From a virus (taxonomy: Duplodnaviria; Caudoviricetes): a DNA stretch of 35,569 nucleotides. Position 1 is the stretch's first letter, and each line of letters begins with the position of its first letter. The stretch spans positions 1 to 35,569 of the IMG/VR virus record IMGVR_UViG_3300048892_000070; one strand, 5' to 3'. Shown piece by piece: positions 26,080 to 34,394 of this stretch. Under the pieces are notes generated by a model that worked only from the letters and a program-made list of their open reading frames with translations, was not told the DNA's origin and ran no database searches. Both the position numbers and the translations under genes were made by a program.

Positions 26080-26294
26080 GGCGCCTCCCCGTCATTAGTG
26101 CAGCCGAACTTCAGGAGGCCGTAGAGGCCGCTGAGTTCGGACCTGTCTCTCGCCCCCTCGACACCTTCGAAGGCGCCTCACAAGCCTTCTACGACGCTGA
26201 GCAACGTCACTACGACCTGTTTGGGCCGAGTAATACAGAACGATTTGGGATGGGCTACGGGTATCACGAGGAGCGGTGGGGGGAGTTCGAGTGA
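26076..26294 (+). CDS. Hypothetical protein
   Basis: 4-bp overlaps with both neighbours. Confidence 0.55.
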   Translation: MRRLPVISAAELQEAVEAAEFGPVSRPLDTFEGASQAFYDAEQRHYDLFGPSNTERFGMGYGYHEERWGEFE

Positions 26295-26518
26295 GCGGCG
26301 TTGCGGGTGCCATGTGCGGCGGCTACGACCGCAAGGAGAAGACCCGCTTCATTGACGCTAAGTGGTGCTTCCACTGCCGGAAGCGCCTAATCCACACCTG
26401 GGTCGTCTTCTTCCCTGAGCCGATGAGCTACTACGGCCCGACTGCCAAGTGGGAATGCGCCAAGTGCGGCAAGGATGAAACCGGCTTCCCCGGCACCGAG
26501 TGGTGGTACGGCGAATGA
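26291..26518 (+). CDS. Zinc-ribbon protein
   Basis: CFHC...CAKC. GTGA overlap. Confidence 0.6.
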   Translation: MSGVAGAMCGGYDRKEKTRFIDAKWCFHCRKRLIHTWVVFFPEPMSYYGPTAKWECAKCGKDETGFPGTEWWYGE

Positions 26519-26955
26519 GCCAGAAAGCGACCGTGCTGGCAATGCTCCGCAACGCAGGAGAGCGAGGGGTACGGAGCGACGAGTTCATTCGCTCCTACAT
26601 GCCGAGGGGCTGCGCACGGGTCTGGGAACTCAAGGCATCGGGCCTCGATATCGAGGCAACCCGAGAGGGTAAATACAAGCGATTCGTCCTACGGGGCGGG
26701 GTCGGATTGGGCGTTGGGTCGTCGGAAAGAGAGAGCGTCGGGGTTCATGGCCCGCGTCCCCTGCCGACCCCCAGCGTCCAATCGGGCCAGAGCAGGGTCG
26801 GGGGCCGGGGTGAGCGGGTGCCGGAGAACCGGAGGGCGGCCAACGGCCGTGACCTTGACCACCATGCAGCCAATGCGACCCCTGACCCTGCGGCCCGCCT
26901 CTTTGACCTACCCAGCCGCTCAGCCTTCACAGACCCCGAGGACGTGGCCGCCTGA
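26515..26955 (+). CDS. Winged-HTH protein
   Basis: 'SQKATVLAMLR..G..GV.S......ARVWELKASGLDIE'. Confidence 0.65.
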   Translation: MSQKATVLAMLRNAGERGVRSDEFIRSYMPRGCARVWELKASGLDIEATREGKYKRFVLRGGVGLGVGSSERESVGVHGPRPLPTPSVQSGQSRVGGRGERVPENRRAANGRDLDHHAANATPDPAARLFDLPSRSAFTDPEDVAA

Positions 26956-27092
26956 TGCCCGACCCAGTATGCGCCCGCTGCTCTCACGTACTCACCGAGA
27001 AGCCGATCTGGGCAAAGGATAAGGACGGCAGGATGACAGGGCAGCACGTGTGTTCTGGGTGTGCGACGGCGACGGAGAAGCAGGACGCGTGA
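26955..27092 (+). CDS. Zinc-finger peptide (45 aa), not in ORF track
   Basis: MPDPVCARC...VCSGC. Coupled on both sides. Confidence 0.55.
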   Translation: MPDPVCARCSHVLTEKPIWAKDKDGRMTGQHVCSGCATATEKQDA

Positions 27093-27427
27093 CATGGACC
27101 AAGCTAGACGATGGCTTTTGGTCGAACCCGAAGGTGGAGGACGTAGGGAACGAGGCTGCCGGCGCCTACGTGCGGATGCTCTCCTACTGTGGCCAGCACT
27201 TGACGGACGGGCACGTCAAACACTCAGCGGCCCGGTACGTCACAACGAGCCGCATCCTCAAGCGACTGGTCGAGTTCGGCTTCATCGAGCCCACCGGGGA
27301 AGGCTGGGTCGTCCCGGACTACCTGGAGTTCAACAAGAGCCGGGAGGAAGTGGAAGCGACGAGACGGGCGCGGTCGGAGGCAGGCAAACGAGGCGGCGAA
27401 AGCTCCAGCAAGGGGTCGAGCAAGTGA
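27089..27427 (+). CDS. Replication-initiator-like protein, N-terminal domain only (112 aa)
   Basis: 'WTKLDDGFWSNPKV...TDG.V...DYLEFNKSREEV...RSEAGKRGG' resembles actinophage replication organisers. Stops inside AGCAA repeats. Confidence 0.65.
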   Translation: MTWTKLDDGFWSNPKVEDVGNEAAGAYVRMLSYCGQHLTDGHVKHSAARYVTTSRILKRLVEFGFIEPTGEGWVVPDYLEFNKSREEVEATRRARSEAGKRGGESSSKGSSK

Positions 27428-27600
27428 TTAAGCAATTGCTTAAGCCGTTGCATTCGACAAAAAATAACCCCGTCCTGTCCCGTGGACTACGGGTTAACAG
27501 AGCGCAGTGTCTCTCTCCAACGTTCCGTCTAGCGAGGCGTCTCAGGGTTAACCGTCCGTTCCGTCTCTCGCTGAGTGTTCTTCGCCCTCCGCACATGCAA
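27405..27600. other. Candidate replication origin / structured non-coding segment
   Basis: AGCAA iteron-like repeats, palindrome TTAAGCAATTGCTTAA, A-tract, repeated GGGTTAAC and CGTTCCGTCT. Confidence 0.5.
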
Positions 27601-27611
27601 GGGGAAAGCTG

Positions 27612-27866
27612 ATGAAGCGAGGCAAAGACGCTCGCCTAATCGACCGCGCCATAGCTGTCGCCTACCACGCAACCGACAGCGAAAAGCAGCGAGCCCGAGA
27701 GGCCAAACTCACCTTGAAAGCGCCCTGGGTCTTCAACGCCTTTCTGCTTCTCCTCGATGCCGGCGCTCCCCCCACCGAGTCCAAAATTCTCGCGGAGGCC
27801 AAGCGATTCGGGGAAGCCTATGAGCGGTTCATGTCGCGGCCGGTGAACGAGCGGATGGCAGCGTGA
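27612..27866 (+). CDS. Hypothetical protein
   Basis: AGGGG RBS-like sequence, GTGA overlap downstream. Confidence 0.6.
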   Translation: MKRGKDARLIDRAIAVAYHATDSEKQRAREAKLTLKAPWVFNAFLLLLDAGAPPTESKILAEAKRFGEAYERFMSRPVNERMAA

Positions 27867-28231
27867 GCGGCGCAACGGCGGAGCATATGGACGCGCTTCA
27901 AGAGCGCAGTCGGCAGATTCGCAGCCACCGAAAGGCCCTTGACGAGGCGATCCGCGCCGAGGAAATCAGCGTGGCGGAAGTCCTCACCGACGAAATCCCC
28001 GACTGGTTGGAGCGCGTCCCGCTCATCCACCTGCTCTCCCAGCCCTACCGCATCCCCACCAAGCTCGTCCACCAATTCCTCGCCGACTGCCCCGTGCAGA
28101 GCGAGCTTCAGAAGGTCGGCAGGACCACCACACGGCAGCGGGAATGGCTGGCCGGGGCAATCCTCAGCTGGGAAGCGCGGAGAGACGAGGGCCGCTTCAA
28201 AGAGGGCCGGAAGGCGCGGGTGGCGACGTGA
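27863..28231 (+). CDS. Actinobacterial IHF (mIHF/sIHF)-like protein
   Basis: 'MDALQ..RQIRSHRKAL..AI....SVAEVL...PDWL...LIHLL..P.......FLADC.V.....VG..T.RQR..L' follows the mIHF helix/H2TH pattern, recognised from memory. Confidence 0.6.
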   Translation: MSGATAEHMDALQERSRQIRSHRKALDEAIRAEEISVAEVLTDEIPDWLERVPLIHLLSQPYRIPTKLVHQFLADCPVQSELQKVGRTTTRQREWLAGAILSWEARRDEGRFKEGRKARVAT

Positions 28232-28260
28232 GAACGACGAACGGCCCCGAGGGGCCGCTG
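28232..28260 (-). terminator. Terminator for the inverted small gene
   Basis: On -: CGGCCCCTCGGGGCCG hairpin followed by TTCGTCGTTCT. Confidence 0.6.
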
Positions 28261-28290
28261 TCGCAGAGGGGCAAGTTGAGAGACCGGCCC

Positions 28291-28458
28291 CTAAGTCTTT
28301 TCGGCCTTACGGTAGGTAGTGCGCCCAACGGTATGGGCTTCCCGCACGTTCGTCCATTCGCCCCGACGTGCGCGACTAATTGCCTCCTCCTTACTCGCGG
28401 CCTCAACCTCAAGCTTCTCGTCAAAGGTGATACGCCGGGAAACGAGATAAATCGCCAT
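28291..28458 (-). CDS. Inverted 55-aa gene, not in ORF track
   Basis: MAIYLVSRRITFDEKLEVEAASKEEAISRARRGEWTNVREAHTVGRTTYRKAEKT. GAGGAG RBS; TGgTACACT extended -10 at 28496-28504. Confidence 0.75.
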   Translation of the reverse strand: MAIYLVSRRITFDEKLEVEAASKEEAISRARRGEWTNVREAHTVGRTTYRKAEKT

Positions 28459-28520
28459 CTGAGGTCTCTCCTCTCAGTGGTGGATAGGAAGCACCAGTGT
28501 ACCACCGAGGCGGTCGCCTA

Positions 28521-29075
28521 ATGCTCCACGCAGCCAAACAGTGCGGGTGCGCGAAGGAAATCGGCATGACGAAGGCAGGCCAGCCCCATTACTGCGAGCA
28601 CGGGAACCTGCTCGTCTACGTGCATGGGTTGAAGGGCGGGAGCGAGCGTCCACGGGCTGCCAGTAAGCCGCGCAAATCGCCTAAGCGCACCCAGCCAAAA
28701 CGGGACTGGTCAGACGCCCGCCGCAAGGTAGAGGACGAGGTGGTTTGCCGAGTCTGTGGAGGCAATCAGGACGTACAGGCGGCGCACGTAATCGGAAGGG
28801 CGAGCGATAAGCCGCGCGAGTGGGGACCCCACGCGGCGCTCTACGTGGAGCCCGATTCCATCGTCCCACTCTGCGGCGAGTTCTCGCCCATGAAGTGCCA
28901 CCCGCTTTACGACCAGCACCAGCTTGACATCTTGGAGTTCCTTTCTCCCGCCGAGCAAGTCCAAGCGGTCAAGGACGCGGGCTCCATCGAATCAGCCCGC
29001 CGCCGCACCTCACCCAGCTCTTATTGCATTCTGGAGTCCCCCTCCCGCTCTACTACAGGGGGGGCGAGGGCGTGA
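28521..29075 (+). CDS. HNH-like zinc nuclease (NinG/Ref-like)
   Basis: CRVC...AAHVIGR...IVPLC...CH..YD. Confidence 0.65.
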   Translation: MLHAAKQCGCAKEIGMTKAGQPHYCEHGNLLVYVHGLKGGSERPRAASKPRKSPKRTQPKRDWSDARRKVEDEVVCRVCGGNQDVQAAHVIGRASDKPREWGPHAALYVEPDSIVPLCGEFSPMKCHPLYDQHQLDILEFLSPAEQVQAVKDAGSIESARRRTSPSSYCILESPSRSTTGGARA

Positions 29076-29779
29076 GGCCGAGATTGCTGGACCTCTTTTG
29101 CGGGGCGGGCGGCTGCACGAAGGGCTATCAGGAAGCGGGCTTTTACGTGGTCGGGGTTGACCTGAAGCCGCAGCCGAACTACTGCGGGGACGCCTTTTTC
29201 CAGACCGATGCCTTGGATGTTCTGGAGGCACTCGTCGAAGAGCGACAGGTGGATTGGCTGTGGCCGTCAGCACTCACGAATCTCGCTGCTGTCCATGCCT
29301 CTCCGCCCTGCCAGGCATATACGTCGATGCGGCACTTCGGCAAGGGTGCCGGCGAGGGTGCCCCGGAACTCATCGAGCCGACCCGCGAGCTGCTCATCGC
29401 CACGGGCCTTCCGTACGTCATCGAGAACGTCCCGACCGCCCCGCTCATCAGCCCCTACAAGCTCTGCGGCTCATCCTTCGGCCTGAACGTTTGGCGCCAC
29501 CGCCTGTTCGAGACGAACTTCCCGATGATGTCTCCCGGCTGCGCCCACTTCCTCGCCCCGAAGCCGATCGCCGTCTACGGAGACCACCCGCAGACCCCCG
29601 GTGAGAAAGGCACCCGCCGCGTCCGTCGAGCCCGCTCCCTGAAAGAAGGTCAGGACGCAATGGGCATCGACTGGATGCCGTGGAAGGAACTCACCCAGGC
29701 CATCCCGCCGGCGATGACAGAGCACATAGGCGGCTACCTCTTGGCCCACATCGAAGCTGAACGAAAGGTGGCGGCATGA
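29072..29779 (+). CDS. Short C5-cytosine DNA methyltransferase-like protein
   Basis: LDLFCGAGG (motif I), SPPCQ (IV), IENV (VI), RHRLF (VIII). Little room for a target-recognition domain. Confidence 0.85.
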   Translation: MRPRLLDLFCGAGGCTKGYQEAGFYVVGVDLKPQPNYCGDAFFQTDALDVLEALVEERQVDWLWPSALTNLAAVHASPPCQAYTSMRHFGKGAGEGAPELIEPTRELLIATGLPYVIENVPTAPLISPYKLCGSSFGLNVWRHRLFETNFPMMSPGCAHFLAPKPIAVYGDHPQTPGEKGTRRVRRARSLKEGQDAMGIDWMPWKELTQAIPPAMTEHIGGYLLAHIEAERKVAA

Positions 29780-29997
29780 AAGACCGCTGCCCAACGTGCG
29801 GGAGCAGCAATCCAATGTTCACCGACTGCAAGGACAGGGCGGTCGCCAAGGAAGAAACCGGCCGTGACTTCCCCGATCACCCGCCTGGATGCGGCGACCC
29901 CTGGCACGACGACCCCGCTTCTAAACACACCGGCCGAGGCAGCCGTATGAACCAACCCGCCCCAACACAAGGAGGCATAGGACTACATGGAGGGTGA
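29776..29997 (+). CDS. Small Cys/His protein
   Basis: ATGA overlap. CPTC...CGDPWH. Confidence 0.55.
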   Translation: MKDRCPTCGSSNPMFTDCKDRAVAKEETGRDFPDHPPGCGDPWHDDPASKHTGRGSRMNQPAPTQGGIGLHGG

Positions 29998-30745
29998 GAT
30001 GACAGAGCAGGTAGAGAGGCGGTTTCGGAATCTGGAGCGGTTGGAGCTTCACGTCGATGGCGACCGAATCGGGCTTCTCCCGATGCCGCAGGGCCGCTAC
30101 GTCCGCTTCGATGACGTTCTACTCGCCCTGCAATCAGAGGACGCAGGTTGGTGCGGCGAATGCGGCGAAACGGGCGGAAGGCACCTGTCCTACTGCTACG
30201 AGTACAAGCCAAACCGCGAGGACGAGAAGCGACAGGAAGCGGCGACAGAGGCCGCCAAGCGCTGGATGCTCGCGCACGACCTTGACGGTTACCTCTTCGA
30301 CCATCTCGCTGCCGATGTTCTCAGCGCGGCTGATCGCGTGGTACCGCCCAACGCCCAGGGCGATCACCATGAGTTTCCGCCGCCGCCCCTTGACCTTCCG
30401 GACGCTCCAGTCGCCCCACCTCTCGACAAGTCAACAGGGGGTCGTCTGGAGGCCGAACTAGACGCAGCCGACCAACCCGTTGCCGTGCCGCCTCTTTTCT
30501 GCGGTTCAGATGCCCCCAACCCCACCCAGCAACAAGTCCCAGACCAGGAGGGAAAGATGACGATTGCAACGGTGAGCGGGAGCGGGAGCGGGCCGCCGCT
30601 AAAGCCGACTCCGAAATGGCGTCGAGAGTTGCGGCTATTGAAGCGGGACGGTCCGATCAAGTACGTGCGGGTGTTACGCGCCCTGCGTCGCTTCCACCGA
30701 GCAGTAGACGAGATGGAACGAACCGAAGGAGGCCACAATGCCTGA
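29987..30745 (+). CDS. Modular hypothetical protein
   Basis: Several short segments including CGEC. Internal RBS+ATG near 30547-30560. Confidence 0.6.
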   Translation: MEGEMTEQVERRFRNLERLELHVDGDRIGLLPMPQGRYVRFDDVLLALQSEDAGWCGECGETGGRHLSYCYEYKPNREDEKRQEAATEAAKRWMLAHDLDGYLFDHLAADVLSAADRVVPPNAQGDHHEFPPPPLDLPDAPVAPPLDKSTGGRLEAELDAADQPVAVPPLFCGSDAPNPTQQQVPDQEGKMTIATVSGSGSGPPLKPTPKWRRELRLLKRDGPIKYVRVLRALRRFHRAVDEMERTEGGHNA

Positions 30746-30884
30746 CGACAACCTGAACCCGAGTGAGGGCCGCCTGCCGCTCCGCATCAACGGCATCAAA
30801 GCGGCGCAGATCATCGCAATTAGTGCCTACGTGCTGGGAATGTTGATCTTTTGCGGCGCGATGGCTTGGAGCGTGAAAAAGTGA
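30738..30884 (+). CDS. Small membrane protein (48 aa), not in ORF track
   Basis: AAGGAGG RBS, TM 'IIAISAYVLGMLIFCGAMAW', TGATG overlap. Confidence 0.6.
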   Translation: MPDDNLNPSEGRLPLRINGIKAAQIIAISAYVLGMLIFCGAMAWSVKK

Positions 30885-31360
30885 TGAACGAGCGCCCCGT
30901 CGTCCAGCGCGACCATGCGAGTCGAGAGGCCATCGGCGACGCGACGCTGACCGGCACCTGTCGTGACTCCGCCTATGTCCTGACGGACCGCCCAGACTGC
31001 GCAGTCTGCCTGATGGTCGATCAGTACGCAGCCGATGGTGGGCGTCACGCGCTGATGCGAATGAGTAATGACGAGGCGAGGACTCTTGGCCAAAGACTTC
31101 TCGACGCCGCCCTATCCCAATCAGAGGATGATCCGCCGATACCCGGGGTCGATGGTGACTACGCCGCCCTGCAATCAGAGGATGGAAGTAAAGAGGGGCG
31201 GGTCCGCAAACGAGTCATTGACGAAATCCGTTCCCTGACCCCGCACGAAATCGAGTGCGACTGCCCGGCGAAGGGAATCGCGGCCCTGGATCAACATGCG
31301 GCCGAGTGTCCACGCGGCGCTGTCGGCCTGATGCTCGACGCCATCGCCACCCATGAATAG
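30884..31360 (+). CDS. Modular hypothetical protein
   Basis: Coupled start. Contains two AAL(S)QSED linkers. Confidence 0.6.
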   Translation: MNERPVVQRDHASREAIGDATLTGTCRDSAYVLTDRPDCAVCLMVDQYAADGGRHALMRMSNDEARTLGQRLLDAALSQSEDDPPIPGVDGDYAALQSEDGSKEGRVRKRVIDEIRSLTPHEIECDCPAKGIAALDQHAAECPRGAVGLMLDAIATHE

Positions 31361-31640
31361 AGAGACGACAGTTCCAGAGGAGGCTGTTGAGGCGGCCCTT
31401 GCCGGTTATCTTGCCGTTGAACTAAGCGGCCCGGGGTCGGCCCGCAATCACGCCAGCGAGCGGATGCTAGGTGCCATCCAAGCCGCCCTACCAGCCCTAC
31501 GTTCTGAGTGGGAGGCGGAAGTTGAGGAGCGGTTCTGGGCGGACCCCGATCTTCGAGCCACCACTGCCCTCAGCAAAACCTGGGTGACCATAAGCGAAGC
31601 CCTTGATCGCGCCCTCTCCACTACAGGAGATGCGGACTAA
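31353..31640 (+). CDS. Hypothetical protein
   Basis: Overlapping start/stop. 'VPEEAVEAA...AIQAALP' helical. Confidence 0.6.
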   Translation: MNRETTVPEEAVEAALAGYLAVELSGPGSARNHASERMLGAIQAALPALRSEWEAEVEERFWADPDLRATTALSKTWVTISEALDRALSTTGDAD

Positions 31641-32143
31641 TGAGCGGCTTCGGCGGCGCGCATCCTCACGCACCAAATAAAGGCGCGACCGACGAGTGGT
31701 GGACGCCTCCTGAGGTCTTCGACGCCCTCGGCCTGCGCTTCGACCTTGATCCGTGTGCCCCGAATTCTCCCTCCGCGGACTGGCTTCCAGCGGACCGGCG
31801 CTACACCCGCGACCAGGATGGACTCTCGCTCCCGTGGGAAGGCCGAGTCTGGCTGAATCCGCCCTATGGTCGAGAGGCGGGCCGTTGGGTCCAAAAGCTC
31901 GCGGATCACGGCAACGGCATCGCTCTCGTCTTCTCCCGAACCGACGTGAAGTGGTGGCATGCTGCGGTCCCGAGCGCCACGGCGGTCTGCTTCATCCGGG
32001 GCCGCCTTACCTTTATTGCAGGAACTGGGCAGTCCGCCCCCGGTAACTCAGGCGGTCCCTCGGCTCTACTTGCCTATGGACAGGACTGCGCCGATGCGGT
32101 CGAACGGTCGGGACTCGGCTTGACGTATCGAGGTTCCCGATGA
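31640..32143 (+). CDS. Phage N6-adenine DNA methyltransferase (Dam-phage type)
   Basis: 'TDEWWTP', 'FDLDPCA', 'DGL..PW.GRVWLNPPY'. Confidence 0.9.
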   Translation: MSGFGGAHPHAPNKGATDEWWTPPEVFDALGLRFDLDPCAPNSPSADWLPADRRYTRDQDGLSLPWEGRVWLNPPYGREAGRWVQKLADHGNGIALVFSRTDVKWWHAAVPSATAVCFIRGRLTFIAGTGQSAPGNSGGPSALLAYGQDCADAVERSGLGLTYRGSR

Positions 32144-32316
32144 GTAGAGAGACACCCAATAAGGACCAGGGGGAGAGGCCGACAACGATTCAGGTAGAGC
32201 TGGACCGCGACCTGGCGGGCATTTATCTCAAGGGCGCAACTAGAGCCCTACCCCGCATGGTGGAGGCGGTCGCCCATGTCGATCAATCAATCCAGGAAGC
32301 GCTGGGCGAGCAGTGA
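32140..32316 (+). CDS. Hypothetical protein (58 aa), not in ORF track
   Basis: ATGA and GTGA overlaps. MSRETPNKDQGERP... Confidence 0.55.
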   Translation: MSRETPNKDQGERPTTIQVELDRDLAGIYLKGATRALPRMVEAVAHVDQSIQEALGEQ

Positions 32317-32612
32317 CGAGACAGGCGTTCATATTGGTTCGTCGCCCCTGCCAGCGCTGGAGGGTAGCCCGCAGCTCAAAAGACGCGGACAATGTCTTTG
32401 CAATTGGCGGCGACGCAATCGAAGTCGTCCCAGCCGCCCTCCTTACAGAAGAACAAGAGCGTGTAGAGCAGTTGGAGCGGGCGCTTGAGGAGATGATCGA
32501 AACCGCCGAGGAGGGCTGGGAATACGCCGCGGAGTACTTCCGCGAGAAGTGGGACTGCGACGGCCAGATCAACAAAGGCCGAGCAGCCCTCCAGACCAGA
32601 GAGGACGGATAG
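32313..32612 (+). CDS. Hypothetical protein
   Basis: Coupled ORF with coiled-coil end. Confidence 0.55.
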   Translation: MTRQAFILVRRPCQRWRVARSSKDADNVFAIGGDAIEVVPAALLTEEQERVEQLERALEEMIETAEEGWEYAAEYFREKWDCDGQINKGRAALQTREDG

Positions 32613-32615
32613 CTC

Positions 32616-33206
32616 ATGGAGCGGTTCAGCCACGGCAAGGACGGTTTCTGGCAAGACCCAGACGGCCTCTACGTCGAGTATAAGGACCACCTCGCCAAGC
32701 TCAGGGCAGTTGAAGAGGAACGGGACAAGAGCCGTGCCGAGGTCGTCATTCTCCAACGCGCTTGGAAGATCGACGCCGAGTTGCTCGAAGCTCGCGCCCG
32801 CCAACACCGAGAACTCGTTGAGCGCGTACGGAAAGAGCTGGAACGCCGCGTCTCGGTCCTTGAGAAAGGCCGCGTCGGCCTCTCCCCGGTCAACCGCATC
32901 CCCTTTGAAGACGAAGCGCGTGCCTACCGAGCAGCCGCCCAACTACTTGCCCCAGACCAGCCCAGTTTGTCCAGCCCGGAGAAAAAGAACTCCACCACGA
33001 CAAACTCAGACCAAGCAGGAGAGGAGGCGGATCATGGCTGCCCCGACGACCCGATCTGTCAGACCTGCCCGGCTTCCCACGAGGACGATGTGTGCCTCCC
33101 GCATGAGCGAAAGGCTGCCGAAGACGCCCGCACCGCCCCAGACCAAGCTACCCCTGACTCAGGAAATGACGAGGCGGATCGTGGCGAAGAGAGGGGGAAG
33201 CGGTGA
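32616..33206 (+). CDS. Modular coiled-coil hypothetical protein
   Basis: GAGG RBS. 'DPDGLYVEYKDH' followed by coiled coil and a repeated tail. Confidence 0.6.
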   Translation: MERFSHGKDGFWQDPDGLYVEYKDHLAKLRAVEEERDKSRAEVVILQRAWKIDAELLEARARQHRELVERVRKELERRVSVLEKGRVGLSPVNRIPFEDEARAYRAAAQLLAPDQPSLSSPEKKNSTTTNSDQAGEEADHGCPDDPICQTCPASHEDDVCLPHERKAAEDARTAPDQATPDSGNDEADRGEERGKR

Positions 33207-33442
33207 ACTGGACAAAGTGCAAGGTCTGCGGCATGGGAAGCCTCGGCGGGATCACTTGGTATCGCCGCCATCATTGCCCCGAGCCATTCCCACCCGAGGT
33301 TGCTCAGAGCATGTGGGACTGCCTGCTCGTTCCTGGGGCAATCCTCCATCCGAGGACGAAGGCCCGCCTACAAATGTCGTGGCGATGCGGCTATGCCAAA
33401 TCCGTAACGGTTCCGCCCCCTGACTCAGGAGAAGGGGTATGA
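33203..33442 (+). CDS. Cys/His-rich hypothetical protein
   Basis: GTGA overlap. CKVC...HHC. Confidence 0.5.
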   Translation: MNWTKCKVCGMGSLGGITWYRRHHCPEPFPPEVAQSMWDCLLVPGAILHPRTKARLQMSWRCGYAKSVTVPPPDSGEGV

Positions 33443-33639
33443 GCGGGCCGCAGATTTCAGCCGAGCAGTTTGAGCGCGAATATGCGGAGCGGGCCGGTGT
33501 CACGGTTGAGAGGTTGCGCCAGCTTGGTCGGATGGTCCGCCCCTGCGATTGCGGTGACGAGATTTGCGAGGGCTGGCAGATGGTCAGCGCTAGCCAGGCC
33601 GCCGAGATAGACGATCCCGAGAAGCCGTGGGCGCGATGA
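33439..33639 (+). CDS. Hypothetical phage protein
   Basis: 'EQFEREYAERAGVTVERL...PCDCGDEICEGWQMV'. Confidence 0.7.
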   Translation: MSGPQISAEQFEREYAERAGVTVERLRQLGRMVRPCDCGDEICEGWQMVSASQAAEIDDPEKPWAR

Positions 33640-33878
33640 GCGGCGACTTCGAGGGCGACCGCTCTTGCTCAACTCACTTCGGCTGCACCTGCCTACAACG
33701 GAAAGCAGCCGAACGAGACCGCCTCCAAGCCGACCTCTCTGCTCTACGGCGAGGGTTGGAGCGGGAGATTGACGCGGCGAAGAAGCGAGCCTTCGAGGCG
33801 GACGACCCGCACAGCACAATCGCCCACTACTACGCTGCCGACCGCCTCCTCGCCCTTTTAGGTGGACACGATGGCTGA
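33636..33878 (+). CDS. Hypothetical protein
   Basis: ATGA overlap. CSTHFGCTC plus coiled coil. Confidence 0.55.
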   Translation: MSGDFEGDRSCSTHFGCTCLQRKAAERDRLQADLSALRRGLEREIDAAKKRAFEADDPHSTIAHYYAADRLLALLGGHDG

Positions 33879-34116
33879 GTTCTGCCGCGTCTACTGGGGC
33901 ACCCACGGCTGCAAGCTGGAGCGGGGCCACGACGGACCGCACCTCTGCTCCTGCGCCGACGACGAGGCTGTCGATCCGGTAACCCGCGAGTACATCGATG
34001 AGTCAGGCGTCGTCAATGTCGGCGCTCCGCCCTACTACGGCCCGGGCACTCATTTCTACGGCGAGGATGCCCCCACAAACCACCCTACAAAGTCGGATCA
34101 AGGAGAGGGGCGGTGA
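33871..34116 (+). CDS. Cys/His hypothetical protein
   Basis: 'CRVYWGTHGCKLERGHDGPHLC'. Confidence 0.6.
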   Translation: MAEFCRVYWGTHGCKLERGHDGPHLCSCADDEAVDPVTREYIDESGVVNVGAPPYYGPGTHFYGEDAPTNHPTKSDQGEGR

Positions 34117-34394
34117 GCGACCCGATTCTCTCAATCGAGGAGGCAGCCGGCATCGTGAAGCTCTCCGAGCGCCAGCTATACCGGGTAGCCCGTGAAGGCG
34201 GTGGTCCCTTCCGCAAGCTCGAGGGACGTTGGCGCTGCTACGAATCCGAGCTCCACGCCTGGGTCCGCTCTCATGCACCCAGAAAGCGCGATCCGATCTC
34301 CCGCGACCCGATGGCTCCCCGAACGCCTCCCCGATCTCGCGGTAGCTTGCGCTCGAAAGTAATCGAGCTAGATGCAAGGAGGAGAGCGGCGTGA
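34113..34394 (+). CDS. xis: Excisionase-like HTH protein
   Basis: 'LSIEEAAGIVKLSERQLYRVAREG..PFRKLEGRWR'. Coupled to integrase. Confidence 0.8.
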   Translation: MSDPILSIEEAAGIVKLSERQLYRVAREGGGPFRKLEGRWRCYESELHAWVRSHAPRKRDPISRDPMAPRTPPRSRGSLRSKVIELDARRRAA

